Assembly: GCA_028710695.1 (NCBI GenBank)
Contig: JAQTTP010000011.1
Coordinates: 1-24,179 of the forward strand
Reading direction: 5' to 3'
From: Candidatus Iainarchaeum sp.
Lineage (GTDB): Archaea > Iainarchaeota > Iainarchaeia > Iainarchaeales > 0-14-0-20-30-16
Length of the DNA stretch: 24,179 nt
Shown: positions 17,014-24,179 of the stretch, piece by piece
Layout of the letters: each line of letters begins with the position of its first letter
How positions within the stretch are numbered: the stretch's first letter is position 1
Notes under the pieces: generated by a model
Told to the model about the DNA's origin: nothing
What the model saw: only the letters and a program-made list of their open reading frames with translations
Databases searched by the model: none
Translations under genes and position numbers: made by a program

Positions 17014-17908
17014 ATAATGCGCCCCTTAGGAAATCAAATAATTTTTTGTTATTATATATGTGTCTTTGTTTTTTAAAAGAAAGCATACTTTTTATTATAG
17101 AGTCTTTTTTAAGGCCATATTCAAGCTTTAAACCGTTAATATTAGATAAGGCTTGATCTTGAATCACTAATCCAAGGTTATATTTAGTAATAATTTGAGT
17201 ATTAAGGGCTTGCTCAAGATTTGCAGGATGTATGTAAATATATGGTTTATTGAGATACATGCTTTCAGAAAGAGAACACAGCCCCGGATGTGTTACAATT
17301 ATTTCATTTTTTGCAATAATTTGTGAAAAATGCTTACGGCTCTTACTAAATACTAGCTGTGATTGAAGTATATTTTCTTTATCCCATATTGCGTTTTTGG
17401 TTTTATAACTGCCAATAATTGCCAAGCCAGAGCCATTTGTTTTTTTAATTTTTGTTATATAATTATCAACAAAAAGAAATTTATTGTATTTGTCGCCCCA
17501 GGGCGTTTTATTTTTTGTCAATGATGACAAAAAACAGAAATCGGATTCCCTTATGCCCTTCTTAAATAAATTAAGGCGCTCTTGAAATAAATTATGCTTA
17601 AATAGGTAATTCCAATAATCCCCCAAATTATCTATAAAAATGTCTCTTCCACTAGTAGGGATATTTCTTGGGTCTATTATATGTATTACAATGTCTTTTT
17701 TAGTTACTTTATAATTTGGGTCATAACATAAATGATGGCAGTAATTTTTTTTTATAAAATCATGTCTTTCTATAGAAGGGGTTTTTAAAATACATTTTCT
17801 ATTTGGAAATAAGATCAGTAAATTTTGAACTATTTGACCCAACATTACTGCAGGACCAAATCCGTTCATTGATAAAAAACACACAATTGCCATACAGGTC
17901 TTATCCAT
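17003..17908 (-). CDS. GT-B-fold glycosyltransferase-like protein
   Basis: EIIVTHPGLCSLSESMYLNKPYIYIHPANLEQALNTQIITKYNLGLVI resembles the C-terminal acceptor loop of MurG/GT28-like enzymes. N-terminal part divergent. Confidence 0.55.
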   Translation of the reverse strand: MDKTCMAIVCFLSMNGFGPAVMLGQIVQNLLILFPNRKCILKTPSIERHDFIKKNYCHHLCYDPNYKVTKKDIVIHIIDPRNIPTSGRDIFIDNLGDYWNYLFKHNLFQERLNLFKKGIRESDFCFLSSLTKNKTPWGDKYNKFLFVDNYITKIKKTNGSGLAIIGSYKTKNAIWDKENILQSQLVFSKSRKHFSQIIAKNEIIVTHPGLCSLSESMYLNKPYIYIHPANLEQALNTQIITKYNLGLVIQDQALSNINGLKLEYGLKKDSIIKSMLSFKKQRHIYNNKKLFDFLRGALYDL

Positions 17909-18023
17909 CTTGAGAAGGATCTTGACAATGTGGTGCAGAACAATAATTTTCTTTTTTATATGTTAGTTTATTATTTTCTTCGTCTTTTTTTATTTTGCTC
18001 TTTTTTATAACTTTTTTATCCAT
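17901..18023 (-). CDS. Small peptide (40 aa), candidate precursor peptide, not in supplied ORF track
   Basis: Translated by hand: MDKKVIKKSKIKKDEENNKLTYKKENYCSAPHCQDPSQDG*. ATG 18023 preceded by AGGAGG with 7-nt spacing; the SD overlaps the TAG stop (18035) of the upstream gene; its TAA (17901-17903) overlaps the downstream GT-like ATG (17908). Confidence 0.65.
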   Translation of the reverse strand: MDKKVIKKSKIKKDEENNKLTYKKENYCSAPHCQDPSQDG

Positions 18024-18034
18024 TTTTATTCCTC

Positions 18035-20878
18035 CTAATTAACAGTATAAATTGCATAACCTAAATCATCTTTGTTATTTATGTTTCCGGTCATTGGTTC
18101 GTCTATAAGGCCAAATACTACGCTTGCATTTTGACCTTTAGTTTGAACTGAAAATGCATTTGCTGTAGATTGACCTATCTGGTTTGAATTTGAACCTATT
18201 GCATAGGGAACATAATTATAAGTCTTACAAGTTGGGCTGTTTACTTTCGCATAACTTGTTTCTGTGTATGCAATAAAATCTGCGCCAACTAGTTCAGAGA
18301 TTATCATACAAACTTGCTGGTTGTACAAAGGAACTGCAAAGTAATTTAACATACTTACTTGTAAAGAATATGTTTTATTTTTATTCAAAGCTGTGCCGTC
18401 TGCAGGGTTAAATACGGCAGATAATCCTTTTGATACATCCACTGCTTCAAAGCTTGCGCCAGTTTCATAACCAGCAATTACTTTGCTTTCATCAGTATTC
18501 ATCCATGACAAATATGCTTTTCCTTTTGATAATAAGAAATATTCACCATCTGCACCAAATTCTGTTGGCATAATCTCTTGCTCTAGAACTAATTCATCTA
18601 AAGCAGGAACATCTACTAATTGGCAGTAAACATTCTGATAAAGGACTTGGCCATTAGACATTGGTTTTAATAAGCCGTTCTGAGAAACATAACATAAATT
18701 CAAATCATTCAAAGGAACATCGTATAGATTTGTGATGTGGACTTTGATTTTTAATTTATTATCTTTTGGAACTTTTCCATATAATGTAACACCCCAAAAA
18801 CCTGCACCATCATTATCGCCCATGTCTTGCCACATGGATACTAAACCATTTCCTGCCGCATAAAAGATGTCTTTGGTTTCTATTTGCTTAGAGTCTAATT
18901 GCTGGCCGTTAAGCATTAACATTATGTTGTAAATCTTTTCTGTGTTCTCAACTGTTGTGTGGAACTCGCTCTCTTTTGTGGAGTTAGGCTCGATCTTGGG
19001 AATAAGTTCAGTAATTGTTGTGTGGCCTTCTGGCTGACCATCAAAGATAACTAGCTCTGTTGAGCTTGCTGTTACTTCTATTCCCTCTAAATAGATGCTC
19101 AGATTGTTGGTAACATAAACTTGGAAGTAAACTTCGTAATCTAATGGAACTGTGTGAGGAACATCTACTGTTGCAGTTACGTCAGCAGGAGATACTTTTG
19201 CTAAACGGAAGATATTGGATTCTACTGTTTTATCGCCATCAGAAGCTGTTACTTTGACATCGGAGTAGCCTTGTGATGTAATGTTACAATACAATACTTT
19301 GTTTTCAATATTACAAATTGCCGGGCCATTTAAAACTAAATAATTGTAAGATAGTTCTTGACCTTCAGAATCAGAGAACATACCTAAAAGATCTTTTGAA
19401 AAAGATAAATTTGAACCTGTGGAAGTTTTACCAATAATTTTGCCAGAGAATACCGGTGCCAAGTTATCTTTAGACCAGGATACAGAGATTTCTTTATCTA
19501 CTTCATACTGGCCATCAGAAGCAGAAACTGACAAAGTAGTGGAAATTGGGTATATGGTGGTTGAACAGGATAGGTTAGGTCCTACTAGTCCACAGTTTAA
19601 ACCACCATTATCTTTTATTTCGAAATATAAAGTAGAGGAAGGGTTGTCCACATCAGACACAAAATTCGCTAAGTTTAGATTCAAGGTTTGGCCTTCCTCC
19701 AAGTTATTAATTGGAATGGAGTTCCAAGAAGGAGCATCATTTACATTTGAAACATTTACTTTTAGATCACCAAAGGCAGTATTGCCTTGTGGGTCTTCTG
19801 CTTTAATCATAACAACAAAAGCACCATAAGCATCCTTTACAAGAGAGCAGTTTAGTGTGAAATTATCTACTTCACAAGATATTCCACTTGCGGGAGCAAT
19901 ATAATCAACTGATAAAGATAATTCGTTTGTAGTGTTATTTGGATCTTGAACATAAGGTAACAAGTTAATTGATCCTATTTGTGTGTCTTCCTGAACATTT
20001 ATTGTTGGAAGATCTGTAAAATAAGGAGAGCTACTGTTTTTTGTTATCTCAATTGGTGCTTGCTCGTATTGATTTGTGACTATGTCCTTTACTTCCAAAG
20101 TATAATATTTTGTGCCTTCTGAAATCTGGTTACAAGTTAGAACTGACCCAGAGATATTACAATTTGCGGGGTTCTCTAACAATTTGTAAGTTAATTTGCC
20201 TAAGGCGAAATCGTAATAGTCAATATAATTTTTTAAATCAACTAAAATGCTTGATTCATTTGTTTGAATAATTACTGGATCAATAGAAACCTCTTTTATT
20301 GGATAAAGAGTAACTTTTAAGCTCCTCAAAAAAGGGCTTAGATAATCGTGATCTGTGCTAAGGGTTATTTCTACATTTGCTGAAGATGTCTTTCCTAAGA
20401 AAGCATAGTTGTTGTATTGGGAGTCATTAACTTTAAAGCTTACTTGTGTTCCTTCAAGAACTAAAGCATCTTCTTCAAGTTTTACTGCGTAGATTAAGGA
20501 TAAAGAATCGAATTTCAGGTCTTCTAATGTAAAGGAGCCTTTTGGGTTATATTCCATATAGGCCTTTTTAGAATCTTTTGAAGTATAAGATAGTTTTATT
20601 CCGTGCTCTTCTTGGCTTAAACTAGACCAGTTTCCCGAGTAAAATAGATATTGGCCATCGGGAACAAAAGAGAAATTAAATTCCTTTGGGCTTGAGGCGG
20701 GCAAAGGCATTGCATCAGGCAGATATCTTTGTATAGGAATGTCTCTCTGAGGGATATATTGTGGTACCTTGTGAGGAACCTTTGGAATGAATCCATCAGC
20801 ATAAGTAAGGGAGAAAATCAAGAAAAATGCGAAAAATAATAGTATAAAAGATAGGATTTTATGGATTGGTACTTTCAT
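18035..20878 (-). CDS. Large secreted protein with cadherin/Ig-like repeats
   Basis: ATG 20878 begins signal peptide MKVPIHKILSFILLFFAFFLIFSLTYADG. Repeats such as APSWNSIPINNLEEGQTLNLNLANFVSDVDNPSSTLYFEI. Pro-rich N-terminal segment; no obvious C-terminal TM. Confidence 0.85.
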   Translation of the reverse strand: MKVPIHKILSFILLFFAFFLIFSLTYADGFIPKVPHKVPQYIPQRDIPIQRYLPDAMPLPASSPKEFNFSFVPDGQYLFYSGNWSSLSQEEHGIKLSYTSKDSKKAYMEYNPKGSFTLEDLKFDSLSLIYAVKLEEDALVLEGTQVSFKVNDSQYNNYAFLGKTSSANVEITLSTDHDYLSPFLRSLKVTLYPIKEVSIDPVIIQTNESSILVDLKNYIDYYDFALGKLTYKLLENPANCNISGSVLTCNQISEGTKYYTLEVKDIVTNQYEQAPIEITKNSSSPYFTDLPTINVQEDTQIGSINLLPYVQDPNNTTNELSLSVDYIAPASGISCEVDNFTLNCSLVKDAYGAFVVMIKAEDPQGNTAFGDLKVNVSNVNDAPSWNSIPINNLEEGQTLNLNLANFVSDVDNPSSTLYFEIKDNGGLNCGLVGPNLSCSTTIYPISTTLSVSASDGQYEVDKEISVSWSKDNLAPVFSGKIIGKTSTGSNLSFSKDLLGMFSDSEGQELSYNYLVLNGPAICNIENKVLYCNITSQGYSDVKVTASDGDKTVESNIFRLAKVSPADVTATVDVPHTVPLDYEVYFQVYVTNNLSIYLEGIEVTASSTELVIFDGQPEGHTTITELIPKIEPNSTKESEFHTTVENTEKIYNIMLMLNGQQLDSKQIETKDIFYAAGNGLVSMWQDMGDNDGAGFWGVTLYGKVPKDNKLKIKVHITNLYDVPLNDLNLCYVSQNGLLKPMSNGQVLYQNVYCQLVDVPALDELVLEQEIMPTEFGADGEYFLLSKGKAYLSWMNTDESKVIAGYETGASFEAVDVSKGLSAVFNPADGTALNKNKTYSLQVSMLNYFAVPLYNQQVCMIISELVGADFIAYTETSYAKVNSPTCKTYNYVPYAIGSNSNQIGQSTANAFSVQTKGQNASVVFGLIDEPMTGNINNKDDLGYAIYTVN

Positions 20879-20992
20879 GGGGCGTTTTACCGCTGACCCA
20901 TTCCGATATAGAACTCCCATACTTATATATATATGAAGGATAGATTTATAACCCTTATGTATTAACAATCCTAACTGAGAAGCCAACAAAGG

Positions 20993-21502
20993 TTAGGAAT
21001 CCAAAGTTTGGCCTAAGAATTTACACATTATGCAGTTGTCAACATACTTATTTCCAAATTTGTATTGTTTCTTTACACAGCCAGTTTTTTTAAACCCTAA
21101 TTTTTCATATAATCTTATTGCTGGTTTGTTTGTTGAAACAATATTCAAATATATTAATTTTATTTTTTTCTGTTTTGCAACAGATAAAAGTTTTTTCAAT
21201 AATTTTGAGGCAATGCCATTTCGCCTATAATCTTTTAAGACATTTAATTGACTCACATATAAGGTGTGATTTGTCTTGGGTAGTTTTCCGATACTAGATT
21301 CAATTAATCCAACTACTCGACCATTTAATTCTCCAGCAAAATTAATGCCATCTTCGATCAATTGGGTTGTTCTTTTTTTTGCTTGCCCATTTGATAAAAT
21401 GACTTCTGGAACCGCAAAAGTGTTTTCTGTTCTCCATTCATTGTAGAGCTTTTTTATATCTTTCCAATCATTTATTTCGATTTGTCTTATTTTTAGAACC
21501 AT
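20993..21502 (-). CDS. GNAT family N-acetyltransferase (RimI-like)
   Basis: VLKDYRRNGIASKLLKKLLSVAKQKKIKLIYLNIVSTNKPAIRLYEKLGFKKTG. ATG 21502 preferred over 21553. Confidence 0.88.
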   Translation of the reverse strand: MVLKIRQIEINDWKDIKKLYNEWRTENTFAVPEVILSNGQAKKRTTQLIEDGINFAGELNGRVVGLIESSIGKLPKTNHTLYVSQLNVLKDYRRNGIASKLLKKLLSVAKQKKIKLIYLNIVSTNKPAIRLYEKLGFKKTGCVKKQYKFGNKYVDNCIMCKFLGQTLDS

Positions 21503-22013
21503 GTATAACGCCTCTACCAAAAAATCCTTTTTGCCGTAAGATCTCATGAACAACTACTGGAATTACTGTGTGCAAAGTATAAAACTTTGTTTGATTTAAC
21601 ATAGGAACACTGACAATATTATCTAATGCAGCAATTTTTGCTTTACTTAACCCGCCAACTTCTGTGCCAAAAACAATTACATACTTTCCTTTAGAGAAAT
21701 CTGTTTTGAAAATAGATTGACCAAAATTAGGGGAAGTACCTACAATAGTATATCCTGCTTTTTTAAGTGCTTTTACCTTATCGAAAAAATCATCTGTGTA
21801 GTTAATATTTATTGAGGGGGAAGAAGATTTAAACTCTGGAAACCAAGAACTAATTATTCCAGAAACTTTGGGATGATCATGCCTTATTGATTTTCCAGTA
21901 ATATCAAGTGTTCTATTAGTAGCAATTGAAAGATGTACAAGTTCAGCTAAATCACGTGGGTCTTTTATGGTGTCCACTAATATTCGCAGATCAGTGTCTT
22001 TTTTTAGAACCAT
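21468..22013 (-). CDS. SpoU/TrmH-type (SPOUT) RNA methyltransferase-like protein
   Basis: KYVIVFGTEVGGLSKAKIAALDNIVSVPMLNQTKFYTLHTVIPVVVHEILRQ matches GxExxGLS / IPM / C-terminal helix arrangement of SpoU proteins. Confidence 0.78.
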   Translation of the reverse strand: MVLKKDTDLRILVDTIKDPRDLAELVHLSIATNRTLDITGKSIRHDHPKVSGIISSWFPEFKSSSPSININYTDDFFDKVKALKKAGYTIVGTSPNFGQSIFKTDFSKGKYVIVFGTEVGGLSKAKIAALDNIVSVPMLNQTKFYTLHTVIPVVVHEILRQKGFFGRGVIHGSKNKTNRNK

Positions 22014-22069
22014 TTAAACAACATAAAGACCATACAATTTATAACATTTTTCCAATTAGCGAAAAAACA

Positions 22070-22123
22070 GGTTGTAACTAAAAAAGGCAAAAAAGACAGA
22101 ATTCAAGAAATTTTGTTACAACC
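22070..22123. repeat. Perfect 9-bp inverted repeat GGTTGTAAC-N36-GTTACAACC
   Basis: Arms at 22070-22078 and 22115-22123, in the noncoding gap upstream of the SpoU gene. Confidence 0.7.
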
Positions 22124-22218
22124 ACAGAAACAATGCAAAGCATAAAATAAGATTTAAATACCAAACTTGGGAATTAATCCCCTTTTTTCTTTTTTATTTT
22201 TTGCAGGTAGCAAGATAA

Positions 22219-22719
22219 TTATTTTGTAATCCCCCATAGCATAAGGTCAACATATTTGTTTCCTTTTTTTCTGTATTTTTTTCTAACGCCTTCTAATTTA
22301 AGCCCTGCTTTTTCCATTGCCCTACTTGATGCAGGGTTATCAGAGTCATTATCTGCTTGAATTCTATAAAGTTTTAATTTTTTAAATCCAAATTCTATTA
22401 TTTGTTTTATTGCTTCTGTTGCAATTCCTTTATTCCAAAATATTTTTCCAATAAAAAAGCCTAAATCATAACAGCCTTTATCTTCATTTGGTTCTTCTAA
22501 CATTACACTGCCCGCAATTTCATTATCAAAAATAATAGTAAAAGAGTAAGACTTTTTTGTTTTCCTGCCTTTGATTCCGTCGTTTACATCTTTTTTCATT
22601 CGACTTAATGGGCATGGATAGGAATAACCAGAAATCTGTTTTATGACATCTTTATCACTAATCAACTTTTGCAATGCTTTTGCATCACTTAGTTTTGGTT
22701 TTCTAATTTCTACTTTCAT
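22219..22719 (-). CDS. GNAT family N-acetyltransferase (RimJ/RimL-like)
   Basis: YDLGFFIGKIFWNKGIATEAIKQIIEFGFKKLKLYRIQADNDSDNPASSRAMEKAGLKLEG. ATG 22719 about 27 bp from TTTATAAAG. Confidence 0.9.
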   Translation of the reverse strand: MKVEIRKPKLSDAKALQKLISDKDVIKQISGYSYPCPLSRMKKDVNDGIKGRKTKKSYSFTIIFDNEIAGSVMLEEPNEDKGCYDLGFFIGKIFWNKGIATEAIKQIIEFGFKKLKLYRIQADNDSDNPASSRAMEKAGLKLEGVRKKYRKKGNKYVDLMLWGITK

Positions 22720-22794
22720 TTTTAATACAAAGAAATAAAACTTTATAAACCCTACTTGCATGCAAAAAATATTTATACTACTTTAACATATTTT

Positions 22795-22992
22795 ATGCAC
22801 ATGATGAGTTTTATAAAAGATAACAAAGGACAGTTGTCAGCAGAATTGATTATAATTCTGGCAGCATTGATTGCAATTGCAGCAATTGTTATAACCCAAT
22901 TAACAAAAACTACAAACAAAGCTTCTGAAAAAATTGATGCAAAAACAGAAGACATCTTTGAAGATATTGACAAAGTGGGAGACTATAACTAG
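22795..22992 (+). CDS. Archaeal class III signal peptide protein (type IV pilin-like)
   Basis: KDNKGQLSAELIIILAALIAIAAIVITQL: class III QxSxE motif followed by hydrophobic helix. Confidence 0.82.
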   Translation: MHMMSFIKDNKGQLSAELIIILAALIAIAAIVITQLTKTTNKASEKIDAKTEDIFEDIDKVGDYN

Positions 22993-23383
22993 AGCAAATA
23001 GTTTGGGGCAACTGTCAATTGAATTTTTAATTATTCTTTTTGTTACTGTTGTTGTAATTTCATTATTTTTTCCAATTGTTTCAAAGATCTATGATTATAC
23101 AACAACTACTTTTGATTTAGCAAATATAAAAAAAGCAACAAATGAGATGAAAAATATTTGTTTTTTAGGAGATGGAAGTTCTTTGGAAATTGAACTAATT
23201 TTGAATAAAGAATGGAATCTAGAAGCAGACGGAAACAAAATTATGTGGAGTTCAGAATATTCCAAAAAGAGTTATGAAGATAGTATTTGTTTTACAGCAA
23301 ATGAAAAAATAAAAAGAGGCAAATACAATTTAATTTTAAAAAAAAATGAGCAAATAAATTTAGTCATAGAAAACAGTGATTGA
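22967..23383 (+). CDS. Class III signal peptide protein (minor pilin-like)
   Basis: RANSLGQLSIEFLIILFVTVVVISLFFPIV. Start uncertain (TTG 22958/22967 or track start 22934); overlaps the previous gene. Confidence 0.72.
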   Translation: MTKWETITRANSLGQLSIEFLIILFVTVVVISLFFPIVSKIYDYTTTTFDLANIKKATNEMKNICFLGDGSSLEIELILNKEWNLEADGNKIMWSSEYSKKSYEDSICFTANEKIKRGKYNLILKKNEQINLVIENSD

Positions 23384-23710
23384 AACTTGCTTTTTTTCAA
23401 GATCTTCAAAAAAGATCTTTGAGGTTTTTACAACTTTGTTTTTGCCTATCTTGTCATTTGAAATACAAAAAGAATCTACACAATATTCATATCCAAAGTT
23501 TTCAAAAAAAGAATCCAAAATATCGGCTGGAATGGATGAGTGGGAATAGGAGTTTACTCTAAGAACGTCATTTGCTTTTTGTAAAGCAAAAACAAAAGAA
23601 TAATCTTTGTCAGAATAATTAAAAAAGAGAGACCCAAAAAGAAGAAGAAAGACAAGACCAATAATTATTTCTATAATCCAAAAGTAACCTTTTTTATTCA
23701 GAAAAAACCA
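23360..23710 (-). CDS. Small membrane-anchored, pilin-like protein, not in supplied ORF track
   Basis: Hand translation gives 116 codons without stop: (V/M)VFLNKKGYFWIIEIIIGLVFLLLFGSLFFNYSDKDYSFVFALQKANDVLRVNSYSHSSIPADILDSFFENFGYEYCVDSFCISNDKIGKNKVVKTSKIFFEDLEKKQVSITVFYD*. GTG at 23710; overlaps the stop region of the upstream gene. Confidence 0.6.
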   Translation of the reverse strand, partial: WFFLNKKGYFWIIEIIIGLVFLLLFGSLFFNYSDKDYSFVFALQKANDVLRVNSYSHSSIPADILDSFFENFGYEYCVDSFCISNDKIGKNKVVKTSKIFFEDLEKKQVSITVFYD

Positions 23711-24047
23711 CCTGCTTTAATTCAACTTTATCGGTGTAGACTAGACGAAGTAGGGACATATTCTTCAGGAGGCCTGGAACTTCGAGACTGTTTTCCCCCA
23801 CTTGTAGCTTATTTGCCATTATTCTTTTTTCTAAAATATTCTTCTCTGCAAATCCAATTCCTTTTTCATTATGCTTCGTTATCCCAATTTCAGAATAGAT
23901 CGCAGCAAGAAGAGTTTTGTCAGTTTTTATTGACATTAGGTACATTCCAGAAAAGAATAGAAAAATAAAAAGAACCAAAAAAAGAATTAAGAATAATGCA
24001 GACATGGAAAATGACCCTTTATCTTTAGCCATACTTGGGTTCTGCAT
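23694..24047 (-). CDS. Small membrane protein, N-terminal TM after KG (pilin-like, unassigned)
   Basis: MQNPSMAKDKGSFSMSALFLILFLVLFIFLFFSG; SD AAGGAGG upstream of ATG 24047. Confidence 0.65.
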   Translation of the reverse strand: MQNPSMAKDKGSFSMSALFLILFLVLFIFLFFSGMYLMSIKTDKTLLAAIYSEIGITKHNEKGIGFAEKNILEKRIMANKLQVGENSLEVPGLLKNMSLLRLVYTDKVELKQVVFSE

Positions 24048-24179
24048 ACATATCCTCCTTTTTGAAAAAAGAACAGCTTTTACTTATTTCAGAATAATTA
24101 TAATTTAGACTATTAGAAATTTTACAATATTGTTGATCTACTTTAGAAAAAAGTGCATTGGCTTTTGAATTTATAAAAT
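24025..24179 (-). CDS. Partial ORF running off right edge (C-terminal 50 aa, two Cys)
   Basis: Hand translation ...FINSKANALFSKVDQQYCKISNSLNYNYSEISKSCSFFKKEDMYAEPKYG*, open to the window edge; stop overlaps the downstream gene. Confidence 0.5.
   Translation of the reverse strand, partial: FINSKANALFSKVDQQYCKISNSLNYNYSEISKSCSFFKKEDMYAEPKYG

Noticed and set aside
17909-18023. Possibility that the GT-like protein simply starts at ATG 18023
   Set aside because: The GT frame meets a stop at 17963-17965 and ATG 18023 is in a different frame (offset 115 nt), so the small ORF is separate.
19419-20802. Track ORFs 19419..19829(+) and 20617..20802(+)
   Set aside because: The 136-aa one is long but lies antisense to repetitive cadherin-like coding sequence; an open shadow frame is expected.
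20879-20989. N-terminal extension of the 984-aa ORF, and a tRNA-like look of GGGAGTTCTATATCGGAATGGGTCAGCGG
   Set aside because: The extension precedes a clear signal peptide at ATG 20878 and spans a TATA box. The putative tRNA lacks a proper T-arm and acceptor stem.
23401-23424. AAGATCTTC/GATCTTTG near-palindrome as a terminator
   Set aside because: Lies inside the minus-strand coding frame and has no T-tract typical of termination; probably incidental.
23380-23562. Track ORF 23380..23562(+)
   Set aside because: No motif and poor start; the opposite-strand 116-codon frame with a TM start fits the operon better.
1-24179. CRISPR arrays, rRNA genes, tRNAs, transposases or integrases
   Set aside because: No regularly spaced direct repeats, rRNA-like conserved segments, convincing tRNA cloverleaf or transposase/recombinase motifs were seen; a tRNAscan/CRISPRFinder run would settle this.

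Overview
AT-rich 24 kb window, most likely from a small-genome (DPANN-like) archaeon. Evidence: a TrmB-type regulator, class III-signal (QxSxE) pilin-like genes, TATA boxes about 25-30 bp upstream of start codons, and GGAGGTGATC-type Shine-Dalgarno (SD) motifs. Housekeeping-type content is limited to the C-terminal part of a bacterial-type AspRS, a SpoU-type RNA methyltransferase and several GNAT acetyltransferases. The rest is largely accessory and falls into two parallel minus-strand gene strings, each starting with a giant secreted or surface-anchored protein. String A (11346->3877): PKD surface protein, NUDIX fusion, nucleotidyltransferase, a degenerate MetRS-like class I synthetase paralog, alpha/beta hydrolase, class II aldolase. 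String B (20878->12821): cadherin/Ig-like secreted protein, a 40-aa peptide absent from the ORF track (SD AGGAGG, Cys-x4-Cys tail), GT-B-like protein, a PEP-utilizer phosphohistidine (swivel) domain fused to a radical SAM/SPASM enzyme, two unknown proteins, an APH-like kinase and a HEXXH metalloprotease. On the opposite strand between them lie another HEXXH protein and a transglutaminase-like protein. String B is the best candidate for an undescribed system, possibly RiPP-like peptide modification. The right end carries pilin-like genes, including one ORF missing from the track and one partial ORF. All family calls are by eye from motifs; no database search was run.
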